A DNA stretch of 64,000 bases from Dehalococcoidia bacterium (GCA_963667465.2 CAXXDN010000002.1:192001-256000), one strand, 5' to 3'; counted from the first letter of the stretch, positions 10,509-19,172 are shown. A program made the numbers and translations. The notes: generated by a model not told the origin, from the sequence alone.

Positions 10509-10963
10509 AAGTCCGTCTCCTGACCCCTCGCTCGCGAAGTAGTGGCAGGGCCGCAGTATAGCCCGGTTGGAGTATACGTGGGGCAGGCGCCCGGTTGGAG
10601 GGCGAACCTCCGCTGAATCGCAGGCTGCCGCGGTGCACGCGAGGATCTCCGAGTCGCCGTCGGGAGGGTCCGAACGGCCACGACGCGCGAGGCGACGCCC
10701 GCTGCGGTTGGGGCCCGGCGCCGGCCCGATGCGTGGCGAGGGCCGGAGGCCGCACGGGTGCGCGCCAGGTGATGTAGCTGCCACGGGGACGGTGGGCGCC
10801 CGATCATGCGGGCCTTCGTGCGGGCGTGTCGTAAAGGGGTGTAGTTGATACTCCGTCTTACCTGCCTCCGAAGAACGGTTTTTTGTTTGAAGTTGTGGAC
10901 TCACGTTAGGCCAGCCTGTTAACATTGAAAGCCGGAAGTATGCTTGCAGGTCAGGAGGATCTG

Positions 10964-11299
10964 GTGGTACAGGCAACCCACGTCACGCATGAGTGCGACG
11001 AGCACGAGCATCACGGCGAGCCGGGCCACGTGCACGACCAGCACGAGTGCGACGAGCACGAGCACCACGCGCACGAGCACGAGCACCACGGCGAGGCTCA
11101 CGGCGACGGGCACGACGAGCACGAGTGCGACGAGCACGAGCACCACGCTCACGAGCACGACGCGCACGAGTGCGACGAGCACGAGCACCACGGCGAGCCG
11201 GGTCACGTGCACGACATGCACGAGTGCGACGAGCATGAGCACCACGCCCACGCGCACGACCCGCATGAGTGCGACGAGCACGAGCACCACTCCCACTAG
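10964..11299 (+). CDS. His/Glu/Cys-rich repeat mini-protein, putative metal-binding or storage protein (111 aa)
   Basis: AGGAGG at 10953-10958, then in-frame GTG at 10964. Six HECDEHEHH units, 40 His and 6 Cys. Same strand as, and directly upstream of, a CDF exporter. Confidence 0.7.
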   Translation: MVQATHVTHECDEHEHHGEPGHVHDQHECDEHEHHAHEHEHHGEAHGDGHDEHECDEHEHHAHEHDAHECDEHEHHGEPGHVHDMHECDEHEHHAHAHDPHECDEHEHHSH

Positions 11300-11487
11300 C
11301 GAGTAGCGGGCGACCGGTTCCGGCAGCGGTGGTCCCCAGGACCGGCGCGGCGGGCCGGACTGGAAGAGCGAGCCTGAAGGCCCATCCCACAGGGATGGCG
11401 CTTTCGGGTATCGTTCGATTGTCGGGGTGTGCGTCCAGGGCGCGTCACCCCGGGCGTCGCGAACGTGGTAGGGAATTGATCCGGTAG

Positions 11488-12717
11488 ATGTCAACAACGC
11501 CAGGATCGACATCTGACTCCCACGACCACGACGACCATGCCGGGCATGACCACGACGACCACGCCGGGCATGACCACGACGACCACGCCGGGCATGACCA
11601 CGACGACCATGCCGGGCATGACCACGACGACCACGCCGGGCATGACCACGACGACCATGCCGGGCATGACCACGACGACCACGCCGGGCATGACCACGAC
11701 GACCACGCCGGGCATGACCACGACGACCACGCCGGGCATGACCACGGCCGCCACGATCACGCCCACGACTTGCGAGGGCTCAGCCGTCGCAGGCTGACGA
11801 TCAGCCTCTTCCTGATCGCCGGCTACATGCTGGCCGAAGTCATCGGTGGTCTGGTGTCCGGCAGCCTCGCGCTGCTGGCCGACGCCGGCCACATGGCTAC
11901 CGACGCGGCCGCCATCGGTCTCGCGCTGCTCGCGATGTGGTTCGCGGAGCGGGAGGCGTCCGCCGAGCGCACCTACGGCTTCTACCGCACCGAGGTGCTC
12001 GCCGCGATGCTCAACGCCTTCGCGCTATGGATCATCGTCGCCTGGATCTTCTTCGAGGCGTACCACCGCTTCACGGTGGAGGCGGTGCACGTAGACGGAT
12101 GGCCCGTGCTGATCGTCGGCACCGGCGGTCTGATCGTGAACGTGATCGCCGCCTACATGCTGCACGCCTCCGCAGAGCACAGCCTGAATGCCGAGGGCGC
12201 CTTCCAGCATGTGCTGGCGGACCTGCTCGGCTCCGTCGGCGTCATCATCGCGGCCATCCTCGTGATCGCGTTCGACTGGGTGATCGCCGACCCGATCATC
12301 AGCATCATCATCGGCCTGCTGATTCTCGCCTCCTCCTGGGGTCTCGTGACGCGCGTCTTCCACGTGCTGCTTGAGGGCACCCCGGAGCACGTCGACGTCT
12401 ACAGCCTCTGCCACGACATCGAGGAACTGGAAGGCGTGCAGCTCATCCACGATGTCCACTGCTGGACGATCACGTCCAACGACGAGGCCTTCACTGCACA
12501 CGTGCTGGTCGACCCCTCGTACGAGGGCGACATCGACGAGCTGATTTCACGGGCCCAGGATCTGGCGCACGACAAGTACAGCATCGGCCACGTGACGATC
12601 CAGGCGGAGCAGTCTCTGGAGAGTTGCACCGAGAACCACCACGTTGGTCACCTGGCGTTCACCGCGCGCCCGGAACGGTCCGGCGGATTCTCGGTCAGGG
12701 GCCTGCTGCGCCTCTAG
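11488..12717 (+). CDS. czcD: Cation diffusion facilitator (CzcD/ZitB-type Zn/Co/Cd exporter) with long His-rich N-terminus
   Basis: Motifs SGSLALLADAGHMATD, HVLADLLGS, ADPIIS, HDVHCW, HVTIQ. Confidence 0.92.
   Translation: MSTTPGSTSDSHDHDDHAGHDHDDHAGHDHDDHAGHDHDDHAGHDHDDHAGHDHDDHAGHDHDDHAGHDHDDHAGHDHDDHAGHDHGRHDHAHDLRGLSRRRLTISLFLIAGYMLAEVIGGLVSGSLALLADAGHMATDAAAIGLALLAMWFAEREASAERTYGFYRTEVLAAMLNAFALWIIVAWIFFEAYHRFTVEAVHVDGWPVLIVGTGGLIVNVIAAYMLHASAEHSLNAEGAFQHVLADLLGSVGVIIAAILVIAFDWVIADPIISIIIGLLILASSWGLVTRVFHVLLEGTPEHVDVYSLCHDIEELEGVQLIHDVHCWTITSNDEAFTAHVLVDPSYEGDIDELISRAQDLAHDKYSIGHVTIQAEQSLESCTENHHVGHLAFTARPERSGGFSVRGLLRL
11521..11745 (+). repeat. 24-bp in-frame tandem repeat (GGGCATGACCACGACGACCAYGCC) encoding GHDHDDHA, about 9 copies
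   Basis: Directly visible: eight full units at 11542-11733 plus partial flanking units. Confidence 0.97.
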
Positions 12718-12784
12718 CTGGTTCGTCGCTTCGCCGCAGCCGCTTCACCGGTCGCGTCACGCGACGGCCGAGGGTCGGTGCGCG

Positions 12785-13528
12785 TCAGGCGGCGTCCTGC
12801 CGTCGCACGGCCTCGATGAAGTCGCGCACGCGCGCGGGATCCTTGCGCCCCGCGGTCTCCGTGCCGGTCGAGACGTCGACGGCCCACGGTCGCACGCGCT
12901 CGATCGCCTCGCCGACGTTCTCCGGGGTAAGGCCCCCGGCGAGCAGCATCGGCAGCTCGGCGGAGACGATGCGCGCGACCTCCCAGTCGAAGGTGCGGCC
13001 CGAGCCACCGCGGTAGGGCCCGTGCGGCGAGTCGAGCATGAGCGCGATCGCGAACCCCGGCTCGACGAACCTCATCGGATCCGAGGGCGAGTCGAGCGGT
13101 GAGACGTGTACCACCTGGATCACCTGCCGGGCGACCAGCAGGCAGTCCTCCCAGCTCTCATCGCCGGAGAGCTGGACGAGGTCCACGCCGGACTCAAGCG
13201 CCAGCTCGTTGACCTCCTCGATCGGCTGGTCAGCGAAGAGGCCGACGGTGAGCGGCCGTTTCGCCTCGAGGTAGGCCTCGATCACTTCCGCGCCGTGGCG
13301 GAACCACTCGCGCTCGTCCTCGCGCGCGTGGCCCCGGGCGGGGGGCGGCAGCGCGATCTCGTGCGCGGCAAGCGGCTCGCCGAGGGCATGCACCATCGCC
13401 TGCGCCTCGCCGAGGCCGACCTGGCGCGACGATTCGGCGAAGACGATCCCGACGAAGTCGGCGCCGGCCTCAGCGACATTGAGCACGTCGGCGGGTGTGC
13501 GGTTGCCACAGATCTTGACCAGCGTCAT
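12785..13528 (-). CDS. trpF: Phosphoribosylanthranilate isomerase
   Basis: Motifs VKICGN, GGSGRTFDW, LAGGLTPENV, VDVSTG. Confidence 0.94.
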   Translation of the reverse strand: MTLVKICGNRTPADVLNVAEAGADFVGIVFAESSRQVGLGEAQAMVHALGEPLAAHEIALPPPARGHAREDEREWFRHGAEVIEAYLEAKRPLTVGLFADQPIEEVNELALESGVDLVQLSGDESWEDCLLVARQVIQVVHVSPLDSPSDPMRFVEPGFAIALMLDSPHGPYRGGSGRTFDWEVARIVSAELPMLLAGGLTPENVGEAIERVRPWAVDVSTGTETAGRKDPARVRDFIEAVRRQDAA

Positions 13529-14412
13529 CAGCCGCCCACCCGGCTGCGCGCGGGCGCAAGCAGCAGCTCGCGCGCCTTGGCGGCGACATCGCCCGTGCGC
13601 ACCAGCGCCTCGCCGACGAGCAGGGCGTGCGCTCCGGCCTCGGCCATCCGTTCGGCGTCCCCGGCGCTCTGGATCGCCGACTCGGCGACCAGCGTGACGC
13701 CCTCCGGCGCCAGCGGCGCGAGCCGCTCGAAGGTCGCGAGGTCCTCGTCGAAGGTTCGCAGATCGCGGTTGTTGACGCCGATCACGCGCGCCCCCGCGTC
13801 GACGGCTGCGCCGAGTTCGGCGGCGTCGTGGACCTCGACCAGCGCCTCCATGCCCTGCGCGCGGGTGAGTGCGAGCAAGCTGGCGAGCGCGCGGGGCGGC
13901 AGCAGCATCACGATCAGCAGGAGCGCGTCAGCGCCGCGCGCGCGTGCCTCGACGACCTGGTACGGGTCGAAGAGAAAGTCCTTGCGCAGCAGCGCCGGCC
14001 GGTCCATGTCGCCGCCGAACGCCTCCGAGGCGGCCGCGAGGTCCTCGATGCCGCCCTGGAAGAACGTCGGCTCGGTCAGCACGGAGACGGCGGAGGCGCC
14101 GGCGGCCGCATACTCGCGCGCCTGCGTGGCGGCGTCGAGAGCGCCGTCGATCACGCCGCGCGAGGGCGAGGCGCGCTTGATCTCGCCGATCAGCCGCAGC
14201 CGCGCGCCCTCGGGCGAGGCGGCGCGCCCCTCCGTCAATCGTGCCGCGAAGTCGATCGCGGGCGGCCGCGCGGCGGCGAGCCGTTCCAGGGCGTCGCGAG
14301 GTGTCGCCTCCTGGTCCTCGGCGAGCCGCAGCCGCCGGTCGGCGACGATGCGGTCCAGCACGGTACCCGTCTCGCGCGGACCGCTGGAGGCTGCCGAGGC
14401 GTGCGCGGTCAT
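13528..14412 (-). CDS. trpC: Indole-3-glycerol phosphate synthase
   Basis: Motifs IGEIKRASPSRG, SVLTEP, LRKDF, GVNNRDL, AESAI. Confidence 0.96.
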   Translation of the reverse strand: MTAHASAASSGPRETGTVLDRIVADRRLRLAEDQEATPRDALERLAAARPPAIDFAARLTEGRAASPEGARLRLIGEIKRASPSRGVIDGALDAATQAREYAAAGASAVSVLTEPTFFQGGIEDLAAASEAFGGDMDRPALLRKDFLFDPYQVVEARARGADALLLIVMLLPPRALASLLALTRAQGMEALVEVHDAAELGAAVDAGARVIGVNNRDLRTFDEDLATFERLAPLAPEGVTLVAESAIQSAGDAERMAEAGAHALLVGEALVRTGDVAAKARELLLAPARSRVGG

Positions 14413-14416
14413 CGTG

Positions 14417-15442
14417 TCAGCTACGCCGGGTGGCCTCGACGAAGGCGCCGAGACGGGCGGCCGCCTCACCCTCGTCGATTGCCGTCAGCGCCTGCTCGGC
14501 GCCTTGCTGGATCGAGGCGGCGAGGCCGCAGACGTACAGTCCGGCGCCGGTGTTGACGGCGATGAAGTCGCGCAGCGCGGCTGAGCCGGAACCATCGCCG
14601 CGCAGCACCGCGCGCAGCGCCTCGGCGTTCTCCTCGGCGCTGCCGCCGCGCACCTCGTCGAGGGTGCGTTCCGTCACGCCGAGGTCGCGCGGGGTGACGC
14701 GGCGCTGTGTGAGCTCCAGACCGCGCACCTCGAACAGCGTCGTCGGCGCGGAGACGGAGATCTCGTCCAGACCCTCGTCGCTCGAAACCACGAGGGCGTG
14801 GCGGACGCCGAGGCGCGCCAGCGCCCCGGCAAGCAGCTCGGCGGTGGCGAGCCGGGGCGTGCCGAGCACGTGGCAGTTGGCCGAGGCGGGGTTGGTGAGG
14901 GGGCCGAGGATGTTGAAGACCGTGCGCACGCCGATCTCGCGCCGCAGCGGCGCCGCGAAGCGCATCGCGGGGTGGAACGACTGCGCGAAGAGGAAGCCGA
15001 CGCCCGTGCGCTCGATGCAGCTCGCCACCTGCTCCGGCGCGAGCGCGATCTCCGCCCCAAGCGCCTCGAGCAGATCCGCCGAGCCGGACTGCGAGGTCAT
15101 GCCGCGGTTCCCGTGCTTGGCGACCTTTGCGCCGACCGACGCGGCGACGATTGCGGCCGCCGTCGAGACGTTGAAGGTGTTGAGCCCGGAGCCGCCGGTC
15201 CCGCACGTGTCGAGCAGCGGACGTGCGCTCACGTGCGCCTTCAGCGAGTGCTCTCGCATCACGCGCGCCATCCCGACGACCTCGTCGACGGTCTCGCCCT
15301 TGTGGCGCAGTGCGAGGACGAAGGCGCCGAACTGGGCGGGCGTCGCCTCCGCCTCCATGATCTCGTTCATCACGGCGGCGGCCTCGCCCTCGCTGAGGTC
15401 GCGTCCCTCCTCGACAAGCGCCCCGATCGCGTCTGCGATCAT
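14417..15442 (-). CDS. trpD: Anthranilate phosphoribosyltransferase
   Basis: Motifs DTCGTGGSG, NVST, KHGNR, GSADLLEALG, GPLTNP. Confidence 0.96.
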   Translation of the reverse strand: MIADAIGALVEEGRDLSEGEAAAVMNEIMEAEATPAQFGAFVLALRHKGETVDEVVGMARVMREHSLKAHVSARPLLDTCGTGGSGLNTFNVSTAAAIVAASVGAKVAKHGNRGMTSQSGSADLLEALGAEIALAPEQVASCIERTGVGFLFAQSFHPAMRFAAPLRREIGVRTVFNILGPLTNPASANCHVLGTPRLATAELLAGALARLGVRHALVVSSDEGLDEISVSAPTTLFEVRGLELTQRRVTPRDLGVTERTLDEVRGGSAEENAEALRAVLRGDGSGSAALRDFIAVNTGAGLYVCGLAASIQQGAEQALTAIDEGEAAARLGAFVEATRRS

Positions 15443-15819
15443 GAGCTGTTCCCCTGTCGCGACCCGAGCATGTACGCGTCTACGGGCACGAGTCGCTGGC
15501 TTGCCGGGTCGACGCTGAGGAGCAGCGTCTCCAGCGGGACGGCGCCGAGCAGCGGCGATACTCCATCCTCGCCGAAGACCACCGGCGAAGACTCCGCGAC
15601 GTCCCCGATCCGGATCATCGCTGCGCCAGCGTCGCGTTCGATGCGGCTGCCGTCGGCGAGAGTGAACCGTACGCGCCGCGTGGGTTCGATGCCGAGGCGG
15701 CGGAGGATCGCCGTCGGCGCCACCGTGAACGTCGAGCCGGTGTCGACCATCGCTTCGATGGTTTCGAACGGACCATCCCGGCTGGCGGCCACCTCGGCTG
15801 TGACGTTGAACGTGCCCAT
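15439..15819 (-). CDS. Retropepsin-like (clan AA) aspartyl protease
   Basis: AMVDTGSTFT catalytic motif, LADG flap and LLG motif; 126 aa. Confidence 0.88.
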   Translation of the reverse strand: MGTFNVTAEVAASRDGPFETIEAMVDTGSTFTVAPTAILRRLGIEPTRRVRFTLADGSRIERDAGAAMIRIGDVAESSPVVFGEDGVSPLLGAVPLETLLLSVDPASQRLVPVDAYMLGSRQGNSS

Positions 15820-15837
15820 CTCAGGCCGCCTCTCGCC

Positions 15838-16431
15838 TTACGCCGGGGCCGCCGCCGCGCGGGGCGACTCCATGGCGAGGAAGTTGCGCAGCAGCTCGTG
15901 GCCGGTGGTTGTCATGATCGACTCGGGGTGGAACTGGACGCCCTCGATCGGCAGCGTGCGGTGGCGGACGCCCATGATCACCCCGCTCTCCGCGCGCGCC
16001 GTGACCTCCAGCTCGTCGGGCAGCGTGTCCGGCTCGATCGCCAGTGAATGATAGCGAATCGCCTCGAACGGCTGCGGCAGCGACTCAAAGACACCCTTGC
16101 CGTCGTGCGTGACCGTCGAGATCTTGCCGTGCATGATCTCGCCCGCCGGACCGACCCGCGCGCCGAACGCCTCGCCGATGCTCTGGTGTCCGAGGCAGAC
16201 GCCGAGCAGCGGCACCTGCCCGGCCGCCGCCCGGATCAGGTCGATCGAGATGCCGGCCTCCGCCGGCGTGCACGGCCCCGGCGAGACAACGATCCGCTCC
16301 GGCCCCATCGCCAGGCAGTCCTCGACGCTCGTCTCATCGTTGCGCACGACCGCGACCGTCGCGCCCAGCTCTGAGAGGTACTGGTAGAGGTTGTAGGTAA
16401 ACGAGTCGTAGTTATCGATCAGCAAGAGCAT
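15838..16431 (-). CDS. trpG: Anthranilate synthase component II (glutamine amidotransferase)
   Basis: Motifs IDNYDSFTYNL, SPGPC, GVCLGHQ, RYHSL, QFHPES. Confidence 0.95.
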   Translation of the reverse strand: MLLLIDNYDSFTYNLYQYLSELGATVAVVRNDETSVEDCLAMGPERIVVSPGPCTPAEAGISIDLIRAAAGQVPLLGVCLGHQSIGEAFGARVGPAGEIMHGKISTVTHDGKGVFESLPQPFEAIRYHSLAIEPDTLPDELEVTARAESGVIMGVRHRTLPIEGVQFHPESIMTTTGHELLRNFLAMESPRAAAAPA

Positions 16432-16632
16432 GGGAACGCTCCAAACAGGCTGCGGGAGTAAGCCGCGGATCGGCTGCGGACGTTATCGATCAGCAAGAGC
16501 ATGGGAACGCTCCAAACAGGCTGCGGGAGTAAGCACCGGATCGGCTGCGGACGTTATCGATCAGCAAGAGCATGGGAACGCTCCAAACAGGCTGCGGGAG
16601 TAAGCACCGGATCGGCTGCGGACGTTATCGAT
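16411..16632. repeat. 71-bp tandem repeat, 3 copies plus a 9-bp partial, covering the trpG start and 50 bp upstream
   Basis: Unit GTTATCGATCAGCAAGAGCATGGGAACGCTCCAAACAGGCTGCGGGAGTAAGC(CG/AC)CGGATCGGCTGCGGAC starts at 16411, 16482 and 16553. Confidence 0.97.
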
Positions 16633-16645
16633 TGGGAGCACCAGC

Positions 16646-17551
16646 TCAGGCCTCCTCGGCTTCGTCGGGATCCGCCTGCGAGGCGGCAAGCATCTTCTCG
16701 AGTTGTTGCGTGTGTGAGCGGTCGTGGGCCGCGATGCGGGCGATCCGGTCGCCGACGCGCACCGCGCCGCGATCGGCGTGGTCGCCGTAGGCGTCCAACT
16801 CGTCCTGCCCGAGCCCCTCGAGCCAGGCGAGCGTCTCCGCTCGCAGCGCGTCGAGGCGTTCGAGTTCCGTGCGGTCGCTGGCCGGACGCGCGCGGCCGGC
16901 GCGCTCCGCCTCGCCCTGCGCCGGGTTGAACGGCCGCCAGGTATGGCCGGGCGTCTCGAGCAACTCGCGCGCCTCGGAGGCGTAGTAGGCCTCGACTGTC
17001 GCGCAGTGCGTCAGCAAGTCCACCGGCGCCCAGTCGCCATCGAGGCTGACATCGCGCCAGGGCTCATCGAACGCAAGGTAGGCGGCGCGCAGCGCGTCGC
17101 GCGCCGTGATCAGCTCGGCCGTCAGATCCTCGGTGCTGGCGCTCTTCGGCAGCGCGCTCGCGTCCATCGGCAGGCCGCCCAGCCACTCGCGCACGCCCTC
17201 GGCGAGATCGATGCCGGCAGCCCCGCCGGGGGGCGCCCAGGCAGCATCGAGGAAGTCGGCGGGCGCATACTGCGGGTCGCCGCTCCAGGAGCTGCAGAGG
17301 AAGACGTTGGCGATTGCCATCGGCAGCGCGATCGAGTCGCTGAACTCCCTCCGGTCGGGCGACAGGCGGAGGCGGTCGCCGAGCAGCCGCGCCAGCGCCT
17401 GCTCGGCGGTCTCGTCGTCGGCGACGGGTTCCGAGGGCAGCGTCCAGCGGCTGCCCGCGCCGCTGCGCTCCTCGCGGGCGTGGCGCACGAGCAGCACGCG
17501 GCCGTCGCTGCGGCGCAGCGCGGCGGAGGCGACAAGCGGTTTGGGGTCCAT
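16646..17551 (-). CDS. Degenerate NUDIX domain fused to a DinB-family domain
   Basis: N-terminal GRVLLVRH..WTLPSE..ETAEQALAR; C-terminal WAPVDLLTH..E..HDRSH. Confidence 0.78.
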   Translation of the reverse strand: MDPKPLVASAALRRSDGRVLLVRHAREERSGAGSRWTLPSEPVADDETAEQALARLLGDRLRLSPDRREFSDSIALPMAIANVFLCSSWSGDPQYAPADFLDAAWAPPGGAAGIDLAEGVREWLGGLPMDASALPKSASTEDLTAELITARDALRAAYLAFDEPWRDVSLDGDWAPVDLLTHCATVEAYYASEARELLETPGHTWRPFNPAQGEAERAGRARPASDRTELERLDALRAETLAWLEGLGQDELDAYGDHADRGAVRVGDRIARIAAHDRSHTQQLEKMLAASQADPDEAEEA

Positions 17552-19041
17552 CAGTAGCCCAGGCTTCCCGAGGGCGTGCTGCCGCCCGCCCGCTCCTCGG
17601 CGTCGTCGATCGCAGCCATCAACGCGCGCGCCTTGTGCTGTGTCTCCTCGAACTCTCGCTGCGGATCGGAGTCGTAGACGATGCCGCCGCCGGCCTGCAC
17701 GTAGGCGACGCCGTCGCGCAGCAGCACGGTGCGAATCGTGATGCAGGTCTCGACGTTGCCTGAGAGGTCGAAGAAGCCGACCGCCCCCGCGTAGGGGCCG
17801 CGCTGGTCCGGCTCCAGCTCGGCGATGATCTCCATCGCGCGGATCTTGGGCGCGCCGGAGACCGTGCCCGCCGGGAAGGCCGAGCGCAGCGCGTCGTAGC
17901 CGCTCAGGCCCTCGCGCAGCTCGCCCTGCACGTGGCTCACGAGGTGCATGACGTGCGAGTAGAACTCGAGGTCGAAGCTCTGCGTCACCTCGACCGAGCC
18001 CGACTTCGAGACGCGCCCCACGTCGTTGCGCCCGAGGTCGAGCAGCATCACGTGCTCGGCGATCTCCTTCGGGTCGTTGCGCAGCTCCTCAGCCAGCCGC
18101 TCGTCCTCGGCGGGCGAACCGCTGCGCGGCCGGGTCCCGGCGATCGGGTGCACGTCGACGACGCCGTCCTCGACCTTCACCAGCAGCTCCGGCGAGGCGC
18201 CGATGATGGCGATGTCGTCGAACTGCAGGAGGTACATGTAGGGCGAGGGGTTGACCACGCGCAGCGAGCGGTACAGCTCGACCGGGTGCACGCCCGTCTC
18301 GCGCGAGAAGCGCTGCGCGATCACCGCCTGGATGATGTCGCCCTCGACGATGTACTGCTTCGTGCGTTCCACGGCCCGCAGGTAGTCCGCGTGCGCCCAG
18401 TTGGACCCGATCGGCTGCCTGGTCGGCCCGTCGAGCGGGGTGTAGGGCAGCACGGCGAGCGGGGCCTCGAGGCGCTCGGTGAGTCGCTCGATCTTCGCCT
18501 CCGCCGCGTCGTAGGCGGCGTCGACGTCACCATCGAGGCGGGCGAGCGAGATCACCTTGATCGTGTGCAGCACGTGGTCGAAGACCAGCAGCGTGTCGGT
18601 GAACATCAGCCATGACTCGGGCACGCCCAGCGCGTCCGTTTCCGGGCGCGGGATGCGCTCGAAGTGCCCGACGGTCTCGTAGCCGAGGTAGCCGACGGCG
18701 CCGCCGTGGAAGCGTGGCAGCCCCGGCGCCGGGACCGGCCGCAGCCCGGCGATCTCTTCCTCGATCACGCTGAGGGGGTCGCCGTCCTCGTGGTTGAGGG
18801 CGCTCACGCGGTACGGCTCGGTGCCGATGTAGGAGTAGCGCCCCATGCGCTCGCCGCCCTCGACGGATTCGAGCAGGAAGGAGTACTTGCCGCGGGCGAC
18901 CTTGAGGTAGGCGGAAACGGGCGTCTCCAGGTCGGCGCGCACCTCGCGGTAGATCGCCGCGATGTTGCCCTCCCCGGCGGCCGCGAGGCGGCGCAGTTCC
19001 TCGCGGCTGGGTGTGGTGCGGGTTGCGGTCGGTGTCGTCAT
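17551..19041 (-). CDS. trpE: Anthranilate synthase component I
   Basis: Motifs LLESVEGG..GRYS, NPSPYMY, ASPE, PIAGTR, EHVMLLDLGRND, GTVSGAPK. Start trimmed to MTTPTAT. Confidence 0.97.
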   Translation of the reverse strand: MTTPTATRTTPSREELRRLAAAGEGNIAAIYREVRADLETPVSAYLKVARGKYSFLLESVEGGERMGRYSYIGTEPYRVSALNHEDGDPLSVIEEEIAGLRPVPAPGLPRFHGGAVGYLGYETVGHFERIPRPETDALGVPESWLMFTDTLLVFDHVLHTIKVISLARLDGDVDAAYDAAEAKIERLTERLEAPLAVLPYTPLDGPTRQPIGSNWAHADYLRAVERTKQYIVEGDIIQAVIAQRFSRETGVHPVELYRSLRVVNPSPYMYLLQFDDIAIIGASPELLVKVEDGVVDVHPIAGTRPRSGSPAEDERLAEELRNDPKEIAEHVMLLDLGRNDVGRVSKSGSVEVTQSFDLEFYSHVMHLVSHVQGELREGLSGYDALRSAFPAGTVSGAPKIRAMEIIAELEPDQRGPYAGAVGFFDLSGNVETCITIRTVLLRDGVAYVQAGGGIVYDSDPQREFEETQHKARALMAAIDDAEERAGGSTPSGSLGY

Positions 19042-19172
19042 CGTCGTGGTCCTGTTCGTGCGTTGCAGCGTTCCGTGCGTGCGGCGTACGGCCACCACCA
19101 GGCTCCGCCCCGGACGCCACAGAGGCGCGGCGCGGGCTGGTGCTGGTACGGCGCAGGGCTGCTGCGATGCAC
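19038..19172 (-). CDS. trpL: Putative Trp leader peptide, 44 aa (MHRSSPAPYQHQPAPRLCGVRGGAWWWPYAARTERCNARTGPRR)
   Basis: SD GAGGAGG, then GTG at 19172. TGG TGG TGG at 19100-19092. Its TGA overlaps the trpE ATG (ATGA, 19041-19038). Below the ORF-track size cutoff. Confidence 0.72.
   Translation of the reverse strand: MHRSSPAPYQHQPAPRLCGVRGGAWWWPYAARTERCNARTGPRR

Noticed and set aside
11300-11487. NiCo (czcD) riboswitch upstream of the CDF gene
   Set aside because: Hairpins are present, but I could not match the conserved NiCo junction nucleotides by eye. An Rfam scan would settle it.
10919-11512. Minus-strand Val/Leu-rich 197-aa ORF that looks like a membrane protein
   Set aside because: It is the antisense shadow of His/Glu/Asp codons. 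The plus frame has a perfect SD and fits the neighbouring metal exporter.
11521-11745. Possible CRISPR array or Thr-rich ORF in another frame
   Set aside because: It is a spacerless in-frame coding repeat of the CDF N-terminus.
16411-16632. Possible CRISPR array
   Set aside because: The units are contiguous 71-bp copies with no unique spacers, they contain the trpG start, and no cas genes are present.
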